A stretch of DNA of 64,000 nt from a virus (Duplodnaviria > Heunggongvirae > Uroviricota > Caudoviricetes): the IMG/VR virus record IMGVR_UViG_3300042890_002891, positions 66,831 to 130,830 of that record. One strand, given 5' to 3'. Positions 63,541 through 64,000 of this stretch are shown here, piece by piece (the stretch's first letter is position 1; each line of letters opens with the position of its first letter). The position numbers were made by a program, and so were the translations under genes. The notes under the pieces are model-generated. The model was not told the origin of the DNA and searched no databases. It saw only the letters and a program-made list of their open reading frames with translations.

Positions 63541-63721
63541 TCTTGTTCCTTTTGTATTCCTTGGGCGTGTTAGGCGTAGGATCTGTAGAGTATTTACCTG
63601 TCAACAAGGAACCACCTGATCTTGCGACCATGCCCATGGGCTGGCTTACAGTGGCCATGCTGCCCGTCCCACTGGTACCCACCGAGATGTCTTCCATTAT
63701 TTCATATGCTCTCATTTTCAA
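63503..63721 (-). CDS. hypothetical protein
   Basis: Coupled ORF. Confidence 0.5.
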   Translation of the reverse strand: MKMRAYEIMEDISVGTSGTGSMATVSQPMGMVARSGGSLLTGKYSTDPTPNTPKEYKRNKNARGQFKNSIGN

Positions 63722-63989
63722 TCCTTAACAGTGAGTTTTTTACTATGCGTGAGTTTACTGGACCTTCTGCAATTCTCACGTTTTTCACTTCAATTGTGCC
63801 GCATGCTGGCGGAACTAATTCCCAACGCAGTTCGTACTTGCCTGGCGCAGCCCAGATCTGCAGAAATTCTTCCAGATACTGTTCTCTCCAGACCCAGGTT
63901 CGTTCTGCAAACAGTTCATTGTTCACATACACTCTGTAGTTGGGATCAGCTCCAGTCCAGTCCACACTCACGTCTGCTTTGACTATCAC
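63702..63989 (-). CDS. hypothetical protein (may start beyond the window)
   Basis: YRVYVN.ELF.ERTW block. Confidence 0.55.
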   Translation of the reverse strand: MIVKADVSVDWTGADPNYRVYVNNELFAERTWVWREQYLEEFLQIWAAPGKYELRWELVPPACGTIEVKNVRIAEGPVNSRIVKNSLLRIENESI

Positions 63990-64000
63990 AAACTGGCGGG

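Noticed and set aside
218-63982. Most + strand ORFs in the ORF track
   Set aside because: They are antisense shadows of well-supported minus-strand genes or of tRNAs; only 11854-12018, 18804-20198 and 55852-56433 have + strand support.
1-64000. Genome-wide stop-codon reassignment
   Set aside because: Long conserved genes are intact in the standard code and end in TAA, TAG and TGA; no canonical suppressor tRNA is present.

Overview
A 64-kb slice of a large T4-like (jumbo) dsDNA phage genome, almost entirely on the minus strand. The host is probably proteobacterial (sigma70 promoters, RpoZ, TctA/TctC). From left to right the window holds: (i) small early genes, a peptidoglycan-binding virion-type protein, rpoZ, rubredoxin plus rubrerythrin, a circularly permuted two-piece tmRNA and a TctA/TctC transporter; (ii) a 15-kb RNA-rich region (8.4-23.8 kb) with about 30 tRNAs covering all 20 amino acids, many atypical tRNA-like or CCA-ended RNAs, and a family of hairpins with a conserved closing stem; (iii) an RNA heal-and-seal trio (kinase, Rnl1-type ligase, metallophosphoesterase) inside an array of about 10 paralogous MNER...HFGVE mini-genes; (iv) a 5'-3' exonuclease and a 7-deazaguanine locus (folE, queD, queE, yhhQ, DpdL-like, DpdA/TGT-like) mixed with glycosyl-, methyl-, amino- and sulfotransferases; (v) a sliding clamp, family B DNA polymerase, a GIY-YIG insertion, a modular GVAEG-repeat virion polyprotein and Dps. 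The most striking unannotated signal is a set of tiny leader ORFs (below the ORF-track cutoff) heading the tRNA arrays. Two are codon-diverse leader peptides wired to terminator/antiterminator pairs, and their codons match the tRNAs downstream. A third, Lys-rich leader is wired to an RNA switch overlapping the 5' end of tRNA-Lys. Together they suggest ribosome-stalling sensors that switch on phage tRNA supply when host tRNAs are depleted or cleaved. All calls were made by eye, without database searches.
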